In this document: piece after piece, positions 41,680 to 55,192 of the stretch
Layout: each line of letters opens with the position of its first letter
Position numbering within the stretch: the stretch's first letter is position 1
Origin: Eledone cirrhosa
Taxonomy: Eukaryota
NCBI GenBank assembly: GCA_964016885.1
Contig: OZ024741.1
Location: forward strand, 334,676,001 to 334,740,000
DNA: 64,000 bases
Direction of reading: 5' to 3'
Made by a program: the position numbers and the translations under genes
Notes under the pieces: model-generated
Database searches by the model: none
What the model was told of the DNA's origin: nothing
Seen by the model: the letters and a program-made list of their open reading frames with translations, nothing else

Positions 41680-42212
41680 CTTAGTATGGACATGTGATGC
41701 GTATGAAGGATGACAGCTGCATAAAAAGGTGCAGAGCACTAAAAGTCGATGGAAGCCTTGGAGTGGGGAGACCCAAGAAGACCTGGGATGAAGTGATAAA
41801 AGTTGACCTTGCCCAATTGCACCTCTCAAAGGCGATGACACATGACCGAGACCTCTGGCGTTATGCAGTAATACAGAAATACAGAAGACCCGACTTCCCA
41901 CGGGTACAAGCCGAAGCTGAAGCATATAGACAGTATGCCTCCACCCCCCACTGTAAAGTGGTCATGCAGGTGTCATGACAAAAATCATCCAGTCTACACT
42001 GTAAAGTGGTCGTGTAGGCGCCATGGTAAAAAAAGCACCCAGTACTCTCCGTAAATAAATTTGGTGTTAGGAAGGGCATCCAGCTGTAGAAAATGAGCCA
42101 AAATCAGTCTTGTATGAACAAGACATGGTCACCTAACCTGGCATTGCCCACAACAGGATAACCCGTCTGACTTATGCTAGCATGGAAGAATGTACGTAAA
42201 ACGGTGATGATA
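41680..42212 (+). mobile_element. RTE LINE 3' end with complete 3'UTR
   Basis: YGHVMRMKDDSCIKRCRALKVDG..GRPKKTWDEVIKVDL..DRDLWRYAV; UTR shared with SINE family B; GAT tail. Confidence 0.9.
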
Positions 42213-45200
42213 TATTAATTTATTATGTCTAAATAGTGAGTCTTGTTTCTCTGGAATTTCACCTGTCGACTCTGTGAGTGTGCAGGTGAAACATCAGAAT
42301 AACAAGACACACTATTTAACCATAATAAATAAATATTCAAACTTTACTTCGGTATTGAGTACACTTTTATATATATATATATTTATCATATATATCATAT
42401 ATACATGTATGCATGTATATGTCATACATAAATGTATATATATTTGTGTACACACACATACACATGCATATATTCTGTATAAATGTATACCATATAGGTA
42501 TGTATATATATATATATAAATGAAAGGTATAGAAATTGTTTTTATGTATGTATGAATGTATATATGTTCTAGAGACATCATTATTTTCAGTTCAGGATAA
42601 TAGTGTCTAGACACCCAACAGCTTTATCATTTTAATTTGTTTTCACTACATTTTGTTGTCTAAAGTTAGTATTACATCAATTGAAGACATATAAAGACAT
42701 TTTTAACCCCAAGCTATTTTGAAGCCATATGTACATACAGATACATAGTTTGATGTTTAATGCCAGTCTTTTCTATGGTGTATGTGCATGTATGTGTGTT
42801 TCACTCTGTGTGTTCAGAAAATATGATTTTTGAATTCACATATGGTATCATAAGTACTTTCAATAGCTAATATTCTAATGTGTATTTACTTTCTAGTGGT
42901 CCAGTGCTGTCAATAATGATGGCAATAGAATTGAACATATTTGATTTTTGGAGTCCAGGATTAGCATATCTTATATATCAAGATCACTGGATCATACAAA
43001 CTATCATGGAAACTGAGAAATTAATGGTTTGCATAAGAGAATCCTTAAAGTTTTTTGTTGATTTCTGACATATTAAGTGATTGAAGATACTGATATTTTA
43101 ATAAATTATTTCAAGAATATATTAACATATATATTCAGCATATATGTAGAAATGACATACAAGATTAAATGTATAAGTAACTTCGAAGAAATAACTATTT
43201 ATAGGGACAAATGTAGGTTTAGAACCTAGGGTCTTGTGATTGGAGAGTGAACTTCTTATTGTAGCAGCTTCCTTTCCCTGCCCAACTAAGGATACAGTGG
43301 CCTAGTGGTAGTGCTGGTGCCACAATAAAATGCGGTAATGTTGGTGTCATGTTAAAATGTACTGAGCTACCCTGTAAAGTGGAAGTGCTGGTGTCTGTAA
43401 AGTGGTTGACATTAGGAAGGGCATTGAGCCATAGAATCTATGCCAAAATGGAGCGTATGAGCATGACATGGTCATCTGACCTGTTGAATCTCAGAATGTG
43501 ACAACTCATCTAACCCATGCCATCCTGAAAAGTGTTTGTAAAACAGGGATGATGATGTTTTATTATAGAGTTGTTGACAAGTTAATTTGTAAACCGATTT
43601 AACTAAGGCTATATAACAGATACAGTCTCTAAGATGTATGTTAGTATGTCCATGATTCCTATGTGTTTAGATACATTTAATGACACTTTTCTTACTATAT
43701 ATCTAATGAAAAACGCTGCTTAAGTTTTTTTAAATAACTTCGAAAATAATCCAGAATTTGGAGGGATTTAGTAATATAGCTTCTCATTTTGCCTTTCATC
43801 CTCACGGGGTCGATAAAATAAAGTACCAGTAATGCACTGGGTAATTGCTGGCCTTGTGCCTAAAGTAGAAACAATTATTAGGTCAAACGCCATGCTTTGC
43901 AGCAAAGAGTTACAGCCCTTTATGTTCATAGTTCAAATCCCGCCGAGGTCAACTTTACCTTTCATCCTTATGGGGTCGATAAAATAAAGTACCAGTAATA
44001 CCAGTGTATTACTGGTACTTTATTTGTGCCAAAACTAGAAACAATTATTAGGTTGATATTTGGAACATAACTTAAAGTTTTTTACATTAAATTATTATGG
44101 AAGGTTTTTAAGCAAATATAAATCTTCTAAAATAAATAGCTTTGTATCAGGAACAGTTTCAGGTATTTTGGTTGCAAAAGGGCAAATATATACCCAATTC
44201 ATCTAGACGTATTAACACACAGCTCTCAGCTATTATCATATAATCTAGAATTTCGAGTCTAATTTCGGTTACTTTAGTTGGCTTGAATAAAATTCAGAAT
44301 GCTCTTTATGTACATCAAGTAAAATAACAACAAATTATAAAAGTTTGGCAAACATGAGATAGGTTTGGCCAGAATATAACTTGTTGAATTTATAAGAAAA
44401 CCTTAATCTGCATAGAATGATTATATTGATTAGTTTTACTGTTCTTTAAGTTCTGTTTTGTTGATTTTCTATGATTTTATGATATTGATCACATATTTTA
44501 TGATGTTGATCACAGTTTTTATTTGGAGTTACTGCTCTCTTATAAAGGAGATGATCATCAGATCAGACCAAGGAAATAATGTTTCTATTTGTCTTTCCAT
44601 TGCTGATACTATCTGCCAGTTGCAACTCCTGGCAGAAGAGGGAGAATTCGAACTCAGAGTATACAGAGCAAGCTCAAATATCAATCCTTTACAATGGTTG
44701 GATGAAGAGGTCATAGGCTGACCAAGATACTCTCATGGAATGACCAAATGAGGTTTATTTTCAACATAGTCCCTGGAAAGAATCAATGCAGTTATTAATA
44801 AAAAGACTTGAAATTAATGCATACAAGATTTCACAGCTCTAGCATCATTCCTTCATAGACAGACTATGAACTTTTCATAACAGTTCAGTCAATGTCAAAC
44901 CACTGGACAGGACTGGTACATTTTTTTAAACATATCCGATTGGGAAAAAAAGGTGAAGTTGACTTTAGCGGGGATTGAACTCAGAGTGTTGGGAGTCAGA
45001 AATAAAGCAAGAGGCATTTAATCTGGTTTTGCTGGCTTGTGGCTCTAGTATGTGCCTCCTTTATATAAAAAAAAGAGTTGACAGTCATGAAAGGAACCAA
45101 AAAAAAAAATTCTCACTGCAGGGGGTTTCCATTGAGGTTGTTTGTTCTGTATGATTCAGTTGTCCCCTATATTTAACCTGGATGGTCAAGCTGGGGGTGT

Positions 45201-45994
45201 TGTCGCTATATAAATTGCTTTGCTCACGGAATTTCCGATGAACAGGAGAAGAAATGTTCCACTAATTAAACAACAAAAGATCATCCAATATTGTTTTACA
45301 TGCACCATCAAACACACACACTCTCTCTCATTGCCATCTCTCCCTCTCTTTACTCCTATTGCTTTCTCTCTCTCTCTATCTCTTCCTTTTCACTCTCTTC
45401 TCCTTTCTCATTACTATCGTTCTCCTCTTTCTCATCTCTCTCTCTCATTATTATCTCACTCTTCTTTCTCATCTCTCTCTCTCTCTCTCTCTCATTACTA
45501 TCTTTCCTCTTTCTCATTACTATCTCTCTCTTCTTTCTCATCTCTCACTCTCTCATTACTATCTCTCTCTTTCAACTCTCTCTCTCATCTCTCTCTCTTT
45601 CTCTCTCTCTCTCTCATACCCTCTCTCTTTCCTCTCACATGTTTTGGTTTTCATTCCCACTTGTCTCTCTTTCTCTCTTTTCTCCTTTTCTTTCTCTCCT
45701 CTCTCTGTCTATCTTTCTTTCTCCTTTCCTCTCACTTTTACACTCATGAAAAATTCAAAAAAAGAACAGCAAAAACGAATGCAATAGGTATTTGTGCATA
45801 AGTATACACACACACACACACACACTGATGTATATATAAATTGATGTTTATGTGTGACTATATTTATATCCATATGTGTGTATGTGTGTATATGTCCATC
45901 ATCAATCTTAAGCCACTGTAATGGTGTCTGGAATAATAGATAATTTGAAGACATTAACCACCTACCTCTCCTATACATCATTTACACATACACA

Positions 45995-46340
45995 TGCATA
46001 CACACACAGAGATCAACATATACACATTCACACACTCATTTACATACACACACAGAGATCAACATATACACATTCACACACTCATTTACATACACACACA
46101 GAGATCAACATATACACATTCACACACTCATTTACATACACAAACAGAGATCAACATATACACATTCACACACTCATTCACATACACACACAGAAATCAA
46201 CATATACACATTCACACACTCATTTACATACACACACAGAGATCAACATATGCACATTCACACATTCATTTACATACACACACAGAGATCAACATATGCA
46301 CATTCACACATTCATTTACATACACACACAGAGATCCATA
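45995..46340. repeat. 46-bp tandem repeat, ~7.5 copies
   Basis: Unit cacacacagagatcaacatatacacattcacacactcatttacata (gatc at 46011, 46057, ...). Confidence 0.95.
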
Positions 46341-47220
46341 CACCTACACACATGCACACATCAATAAACACAGGGATCCACACACACTCACATCCAGACA
46401 CACACATACAAACCCTAAGATCCACATTCATAATCACACACGCACATCCACTTACACACATATTCACATACACTCACACATTCACATCAACACACACACA
46501 CACATACAAAATATGATATCCACACACACACGTTCACATTCACACATTCGCACACATTCACATCCTCACATATCCATATCCTAACATAGACACTCACACA
46601 TCTACACACACACATCCACATACTCCCACACACAGATCCACATACTCCCACACACAATCTCTCCCATACAAAAACACTCCCCCCCCCACCCCACACACAC
46701 ACACTCACACACTCTCTCCCACACAAACACACACACTCACACACACACACATACACACACACACACAACACATACTCTCCCACACAAACATACACACTCA
46801 CACTCTCTCCCACACACACTCTCCCAAACAAACACTCTTACACACACTCACTCACTCTCCCACACTAACACACCCTTACACACTCACACACACCCTTACA
46901 CACACACATTCTCACACACACACACACATTCACACACTCACACACACCCTTACACACACTCTCATACACACACACACACATTCACACACACACACATTCA
47001 CACACTCACACACACCCTTACACACTCTCATACAGACATCCATCCACATATTTGGTCTAGTAACTAGAGAACCAAATGTCCTACTGTTTCCAATCTGATG
47101 TATCTCTGATACTACAGTATTTAACTTCAGGTTTGCATGTAAACTATAATTATTACCATAACCTAACAGATGTTTAACCAGTAGGACATTTTACTGGATG
47201 TATAATATATATATATATAT

Positions 47221-48100
47221 ATACATGAACTCGTATAGTATATTTGGCAATATACCGTATGTTTAATTAAAAACATTTTGAAGACCTTGCGCATTCGGTT
47301 TTAAAGTAGTGACTATGTCACTTACTTCTTTTCAGCGAAAGAAGGGAGAGAAGCTAACAGTTTGTTTCGCGCTGTTTGGTGATCATTAGAGCCATGCACC
47401 CCCTGCTTCCACCGAAAATTATAGAAGCTGGATTCTTATAGAATTCCAGTAATAATCAGGAGCTGATTATACAGAGTGAATGCCGGTCCAGCAAAAATGA
47501 GGTATTAGGATTGGTGCTCTGAAATAGCGATGTATACATGAATGTATGTATAGTATATTTGGCAATATACCGTATGTTTAATTAAAATGATCGCCAAACA
47601 GCGTGAAACAGACCGTTAGCTTCTCTCCCTTCTTTCGCCGAAAAGAAGTAAGTGATATAGTCACTACTTTAAAACTGATAGCATACGGTCTTCTAAATGT
47701 TTTTTTAATTAAACATACGGTATATTGCCAAATATACTATACATACATTCATGTATACATCGCTATTTCAGAGCACTAATCCTAATACCTAATTTTTACT
47801 GGACCGGCAATAGCTCTGTATAATCAGCTCCTGATTATTACTGGAATTCTATAAGAAGCCAGCTTCTATAATTTTCGGCGGAAGCAGGAGGTGCATGGCT
47901 TTGATGATCACCAAACAGTGTGAAACAGACTGTCAGCTTCTCTCCCTTCTTTCACCGAAAATAAGTAAGTCACATAGTCACTACTTTAAAACCGATAGCG
48001 TATGGTCTTCTAAATGTTTTTAATTAAATATACGGTATATTACCAAATATACTATACATACATTCATGTATACATCGCTATTTCAGAGCACCAATCCTAA
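47221..48100. mobile_element. Retrozyme-like array: ~315-317-nt non-coding monomer with one type-I HHR per unit; ~1.15 units on - (47221-47587) then ~1.6 units on + (47588-48100)
   Basis: Periods of 315 (47233 vs 47548) and 317 (47605 vs 47922); three HHR copies give consensus GGCT-CTGATGA-T CGC caaaca GCG Y-GAAA-C AGACT G-TY-AGCT; inserted in (TA)n. Confidence 0.85.
47880..47950 (+). ncRNA. Best-preserved retrozyme hammerhead (predicted cleavage after 47934)
   Basis: GAAG ca GGAG gtgcat GGCT-TTGATGA-T CAC caaaca GTG T-GAAA-C AGACT G-TC-AGCT tct CTCC CTTC; extended stem I with internal loop. Confidence 0.8.
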
Positions 48101-48409
48101 TATATATATATGTTTATATATATAGATAGATATAGATATATAGATATATATATATTATACATCCACTAAAATGTCTTATTTATATGTATGTGTGTGTATA
48201 TAAGTCCCAGGTTCAATTGGGTATAACCACAGTTAATAAGGTACTCCATACAATAGTTGAGTGTAAACATTAAGTTTAATATAGAAATGGCTTCTACAGG
48301 AAGGGAACTGTTTCATTCAAAAGAAATCATCAGTCAGTTCTAGTCCTGTAGAAGCCATTTCTATATTAAACTTGATATATGTATATCTATATATATATAT
48401 ATATATATT

Positions 48410-48822
48410 CAGAGTGGGATTTACGTATAAGTTAAACAAGCTATAGCTTAGGCCTCCCGAAAAATTTGAAAAAACGGTGTGCTTATTTCCAAAATATAAG
48501 ATAAAAAAGAACTAAAATAATGCAATAGTTTTAAACAGTTTTCTGCTTTAATATTGAACGTTTTGCAGTTTTTATAACATATAAAGGGCCCCATTATCTC
48601 TTGGCAGTATCGGTAGAGGGTCGAACGCCATGCTTTCCAGCATAGTTACGTCCCTTTACGATCTGAGTTCAAATCCCGCCGAGGTTGACTTTGCCTTCCA
48701 TCCTTATGGGGTCGATAAAATAAAGTACAAGTAATGAACTAGTTAATTACTGGCCTTGTGCCTAAAGTAGAAACAATTATCTCAAATAGCTTAGGGCCTC
48801 ATCAAATCTAAATCCAGCCCTG
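48410..48822. mobile_element. hAT-type MITE with a SINE inserted at ~48601-48775
   Basis: TIRs CAGAGTGGGATTTA / TAAATCCAGCCCTG; near 8-bp TSD tatatatt/tatatact; SINE flanked by ATTATCTC duplication. Confidence 0.75.
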
Positions 48823-50408
48823 TATATACTCTATGTACTATACATGCACCTTTGATGAGTTGTAGTGCACCTGAGCAATGTACACAATAATTTCATTATT
48901 ATGTGGATTGGCAGTATCGGTAGAGGGTCGGACGCCATGCTTTCCAGCATAGTTATGTCCCCTTACGATGTAAGTTCAAATCCCGCCGAGGTTGACTTTG
49001 CCTTTCATCCTTACGGGGTCGATAAAATAAAGTACTAGTAATGCACTGGGTAATTGCTGGCCTTGTGCCTAAAGTAGAAACAATTATTATATATATATAT
49101 ATTTGTTCTGAAGAGATTGTTTTGGTAAAAACAGGAGCAAGTAGGAGAAAGTTCTCAACATTCTTAGTTTGTAGTTACGATAGAGATATGGAGATTCAGT
49201 ATAATAATTGTCTCTACTTTTGGCACAAGGCCTGCAATTATCCCAGTGCATTACTGGTGCTTTATTTTATTGACCCCGTAAGGATGAAAGGCAAAGTTAA
49301 TCTCAATGGGATTTGAACTCAGACCGTAAAGGGACGTAACTCCATGCAGCAAAGCATGGCGTCCAACCCTCTACCGATACTGCCAATCCACCGCCCTTCA
49401 GTATAATAATAACATTAATAAAGATGCTGATGTTACATAAATCGTTTTATGTAACATCAGCATCTCCCGCCGAGGTTAACTTTGCCTTTCATCCTTACGG
49501 GGTCGATAAAATAAAGTACCAGTAATACACTGGGATAATTGCTGGCCTTGTGGCTAAAGTAGAAACAATTATTATATATATATTATCATCTAACTTCCAT
49601 TTTTGCATGCTAGCATGGGTTAGATGGGTTGTCCCATTGTGAGACAAGTCAAATCAGATGACCATGTCTTGCTCATACAGAACTGTTTCTGGCTTCGTTT
49701 CTATGGCTGGATGCCCTTCCTAATGCCAACAACATTTACAATGTAGACTGGCTGTTTTTTGTTGTGGCACCATAATGACCACTTTACAGTATGGACTGGG
49801 TGTTGTTTTAAAAAATGAGTACCCTGAGGGTTTGTAGCCCTAAGCTATACATTATTTAGCTTATAGCTAAGTCCAGCACTGCCTGTGTGATATCTTTGAC
49901 AAGTATTTTCTTCTTTGCATGCAAACTACATTTATTAGCATGATCCAACTGGTGTTTTACCAGTAAGACAATTTACTAACTGTTATAATATACAGAGTTA
50001 TATAATGGTGGAAGGTGGCAAGTTGGCAGTTGTTTGAATGTCAAATAGAATGGTTTGCAATATTCATTCAAGCTCTCTGTTCTCTCTGAGTTCAGACCCT
50101 ACCAAGGTTAATTTTGCTCTTCATCATTTCAAGGTCAATAAAAAGAAGTACCTGTCTAGTATTAGGGTTGAATCTTCCTCTATATCTCTTTCTCACTTCC
50201 ATTTTCTCTCTCTTTCCTTCTCTGGAAGAAACCAGCTGTGTTCAGACCTGGAGAGGAATGGGGGTCCACTAACTTCGAACTGCTCTTAAAACTCCATCAG
50301 GACTTATGGTTCCATACATAAAGGTGCAAGCATGGTTGTGTGGTTAAGGAGTTAGCTTTGCAGCCATGTGAATTTGGTCACAACCTCCAGTGCTGGATGA
50401 ATAATTAA

Positions 50409-50616
50409 CGCTTTAGCATTTAAACCAGCCATATCTGACCAGAATTCCCTCACCTCATTCTGTTCAAACTGGCTGTAACCAGCCACTCATACTGATGTTA
50501 AGGTAGTGTTCTCAAAATAAATAATATCAAAATGTCATAGATTTGATATTATGTGAGGTAAAGCTTTTACCATGAAAATATAATAGTAAATATAGATTAA
50601 TGTAAATGCTAAAGGG
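50409..50616 (+). mobile_element. piggyBac-like MITE family 1
   Basis: TTAA TSDs, CGCTTTAGCATTTA / TAAATGCTAAAGGG termini. Confidence 0.9.
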
Positions 50617-51294
50617 TTAAGCAATATAAACATATGCGTAGGGAATAAAAAAAGAGGGGCACCATTTTATTTTAATTAAATGTATTCATTTCAAATTTTT
50701 TTCTTTTTTTTTGCTGAATTTATATATGGGGAAGGGGCATCTTGATCTTTAAAATATTTAGGGCCTGAAAAGTACTTAATCTGGTCTCTGTCTGTTACCT
50801 TTAACAAATGGAGAACATATGGTAGAGTGGACACTTTGCCCTTGTCAAGGACATGGCAACATCTCTAGTGCTGGCACCATTCTAAGATGCTTTAATTAAA
50901 GTGCTTGCTAGCTAACAAGAGAGCAGCTATGACATGGTTTTATGAGCTAACGAAGTGTCCTTTATAATGTCATTAGCTCATGTCATCATGATTTTTCTAG
51001 GAAGTTGGAGGAATACTCTGTCTTGTTTCAACCTTACTATAAAAACACCTACATCTCCTTCTAATCATACACACATTAAAACATTTAAAAATATAAAAAG
51101 GGAAGGCATACTGGGTAATGTTTAATGGATCTGTCACTGTCTCCTTAACTCCTAGGGAGCTGTAGGGGCACTGTCGTGGAATATTTTGTGTATTGGCCAT
51201 TATGAACATTATGCACATATTTCTTTTTAGGTTTAACCACAGGTGATTTCTTCCAGAGAGAGAGGGTGAGATTTCTTTCAGAGAGAGAGCGAGC

Positions 51295-51365
<71 letters not shown>

Positions 51366-52266
51366 CTTCCAGACAGAGAAAGAGAGAAGGGGGAGATTTC
51401 TTATTGAGAGATAGAGAGAAGAAGAATCAACCAATCAAAATGTATATTTTTTTTAATTTTATCATCCTCGAAAAAGGATGAAAGACAAAGTTGGCCTTGG
51501 CATGATTTGAACTCAGAGAAGGAATTAATACTGCAAAACATTTTCTCCAACATTCTAGTAACTCTGCCAATTCCTCACCTTGTAAGAACCAAAAAACAAA
51601 AAACAAAAAACAAAAAACAACCCCCTCCCCCCCTGATAAATCCAGGATTGCCATGGCTGGAATGCTTTTGAACATAGGTATGCTAGATCATGAATAACTT
51701 GAGGGTAAAATGGCTAAATAACAACGTCACCACCACCACCAACAACATCTCCAAAGGGGGACATGTATGTCCATTTTCCTGTATTTTTCCTTAGAAATCT
51801 ATCTCATTATTTACATCTCCCCTGCAGTTCTGAGCCCCTCCTTCGCTTATACTGATTCTTTCAGTTCTTTACATGATTGATCATTTGGAGAGGATTATAT
51901 CTATCTATTCCTGACCTTTACTGGACAAAAGACTACTACTTCCCTTGACCAAATTAAGCTAGAGGAACAGTGACCAGTGAGAAAAACAACTTTGGCATTC
52001 AAATATCTTTGGCAAGATTTGTCTCTAATATCTATTCATCTATCTATATATAAATATATTTATGTAAATGTGTGTGTCTGTGTGTGTGTATGTATATATA
52101 TATGTATGTGTGTGTATGTGTATATATATATATGTATATATATATATGTATGTATGTATATATGTGTGTGTATGTATATATGTATGTACATTATGTGGCA
52201 TATATATATATATATGTGTATATATATATGTATATATATGTATATATATATATATGTGTGTATATA

Positions 52267-52318
<52 letters not shown>

Positions 52319-52739
52319 CATGTATGTATGTAAGTATGTATGTATATTATGTGTATATATATATGTGTGTGTGTGCATCTGAAACATGCATGCAGGCACC
52401 TTTCATACTTATGGTTTACCACCACCAACCTCCTTCCCCTATATTTCCACATGAGGGTGAGGAAGGACACACATAATCATGCCTTTTCTCCCCTCTTCCC
52501 CCTCTCTTCTCCTTATATCCCTCTCATTTGTCACCTTACTCCCCCTCCACCTTCTTCAGTCCTTTCACCTCCTCCCAACACCACCACAGTAACTACTATG
52601 TTCACAATACATGGTGTGTACTGTTGTATTAATACTAAAACACTTCTGTTTGAATGTGTGTGTCTGTGTGTATGTCACGTTTATTCTTTAACTATATATA
52701 CACACACACACATACATACATGCATACGCTCATATATAT

Positions 52740-52793
<54 letters not shown>

Positions 52794-52914
52794 GTATATA
52801 TATATATATACACACACACACTCATATATATATATATTCATACATACACTCACATATATATATATATACATACATACACTCACACATATATATATACACA
52901 TACATACATACACC

Positions 52915-52956
<42 letters not shown>

Positions 52957-54095
52957 CATACATACATATATATATATACATACACTCACATATATATATA
53001 CACATACATACATACTCACATATATATATAAATATGCATACATATACTCACACACACACATATATATATATGCATATATACATATACTTGTATACATATA
53101 AACACAAAGTATTTATATATATATTCCAACAGTCATATAGCTGTCTTCGATTTTCTCTTTATCTGTCTCTCTTTTTTCCATCTTTCTTTTGCTCCTACTT
53201 GATCTCTCTCTTTGGTGCCTCTTTTCTCTCTCTCTCTCTTTCTCTCTTTGGTGCCCCCCCTCTCTCTCTCTCTAGTTCTCTCACTCTCTCTAGTTCTCCC
53301 TCATTCTAGCTTTCTCAATCGCTCTTTATACTGATGTCTCTCTCTCTCTCTCTCTAGTTCTCCCTCATTCTAGCTCTCTCAATCTCTCTCTAGTTCTCGC
53401 TATCTATTTCCCTCTCTCTAGTTCTCTGTCTCTTTAATTCACTCTCTATAGTTCTGTATTTTTTTTCTCTAATTCACTCTCTCTCTCTCTCTCTAGTTAT
53501 CTCTCTCTCTCCCCACTCTCTCTCTCTAGTTCTCCTTCTTTCTTTCTCCCCTACATTTCCAACCATACATAGCCTGGTTGAAATTTTAGAAAATACATTT
53601 TTCTATCCTTATTTAATTATCTAATAAAAGTCAGTTAGAAATTTCCTCACCTCCAATGTTGCCAACTTTACACATCATATTCTATCCACCATTCACTTAC
53701 ATTTCAATACAAAACATTCTAATCATATTACAAACTTTTATTTCAATATCTCCACTTTTTTTCTGTCACTTTCTTTCTCTCTTTCTTTCTTTCTTTTTAT
53801 TTTCCTCTATTTTTTCTTTTTCTTTTTCTTTGAAATTATATATATATATATTTTTGTAATTTTTCTTTGTTATATTTTTGATGTTTTTTTTTAATAATTT
53901 TGAAAATTTTATTTCTGTGACAACTATTATTCCCTATTTTATATATATATATAAATATGTGTATATTTGTGTGTGTGTGTTTGCGTGCGCGTGTGTGTAT
54001 ATATATATATATATATATACATATGTAAAGGTGTATGTGTGTGTATATATATGTAAATGTGTGTGAGTGTATATATATATATACATACATGTATG

Positions 54096-54135
<40 letters not shown>

Positions 54136-54654
54136 CACACGTACATATATGTATATGGGTGTGTATATATATATTTATATATATATATGTATGCACACGT
54201 ACATATATGGGTGTCTATATATATATATATATATATATGCACACCTACATATATGTATATGGGTGTGTATATATATATATATATATATATATGCACGCGT
54301 ACATATATGTATATGGGTGTGTATATATATATATATATTCACGCGTACATATATGTATATGGGTGTATATATATATATATATGCACACGTACATATATGT
54401 ATATGGGTGTATATATATATATGCACACACATACATACATATACATATTTGTGTATAAATTGTCTCTCTACATTTCCATTCCACCTCTCTCCCTCCCCAT
54501 CTCTCCCCTCTTCCTCCTCCCTCTCCTCCCCGCATACCCCCCTCTCTGTTGCTATTATACTTTTTGTTTTCTTTCTTTACGTTTTATTTTATTCTTATTT
54601 TCTATGCTTTGTTTTATCTGCTTATTTTTGTTCCTTTTATGTAGGCCTTTCTTC

Positions 54655-55190
54655 TGTAATGACGATGATGGAGTTTGTGATGATGATCATGAGGGTATTT
54701 GTGATGATGGTGTTGACGGTGATGATGATGATGGTGGTGATAATAGTGGTGGTGCTTGTGATGGTGATAATGTTGATGATGGTGTTAGTGATGGTGATGT
54801 TGGTCATGGAGTTTGTGATGGTATTGATGATAGTGTAGCTGGTGTTTGTGTCAGTGATGGTGATGATGCTTGTGATGTTGATGATGGTATTGATGATAGT
54901 GCTGCTGGTGGTGGTGGTGTTGATGATGATGGTGTTTGTGATAATGGTGGTGATGATGATGATGGTGGTGGTGTTTGTGATGATAGTGATGGTGGTGATG
55001 ATGATGGTGGTGGTGGTGGTGTTTATGATGATAGTGAGTGATGATGTTTGCGATGGTGATAATGCAGCTGGTGTTTGTGGCAGTGATGGTGTTAGTGATG
55101 GTAATGATACTTGTGATGTTTATGATGGTATTGATGATAGTGCTGCTGGTGGTGGTATTGATGGTGTTTGTGATAGTATTGATGCTGTTT
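54655..55190. repeat. (GAT/GGT)n low-complexity tract
   Basis: Direct inspection; source of the Met/Val- and Asp/Gly-rich pseudo-ORFs. Confidence 0.9.
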
Positions 55191-55192
55191 GT

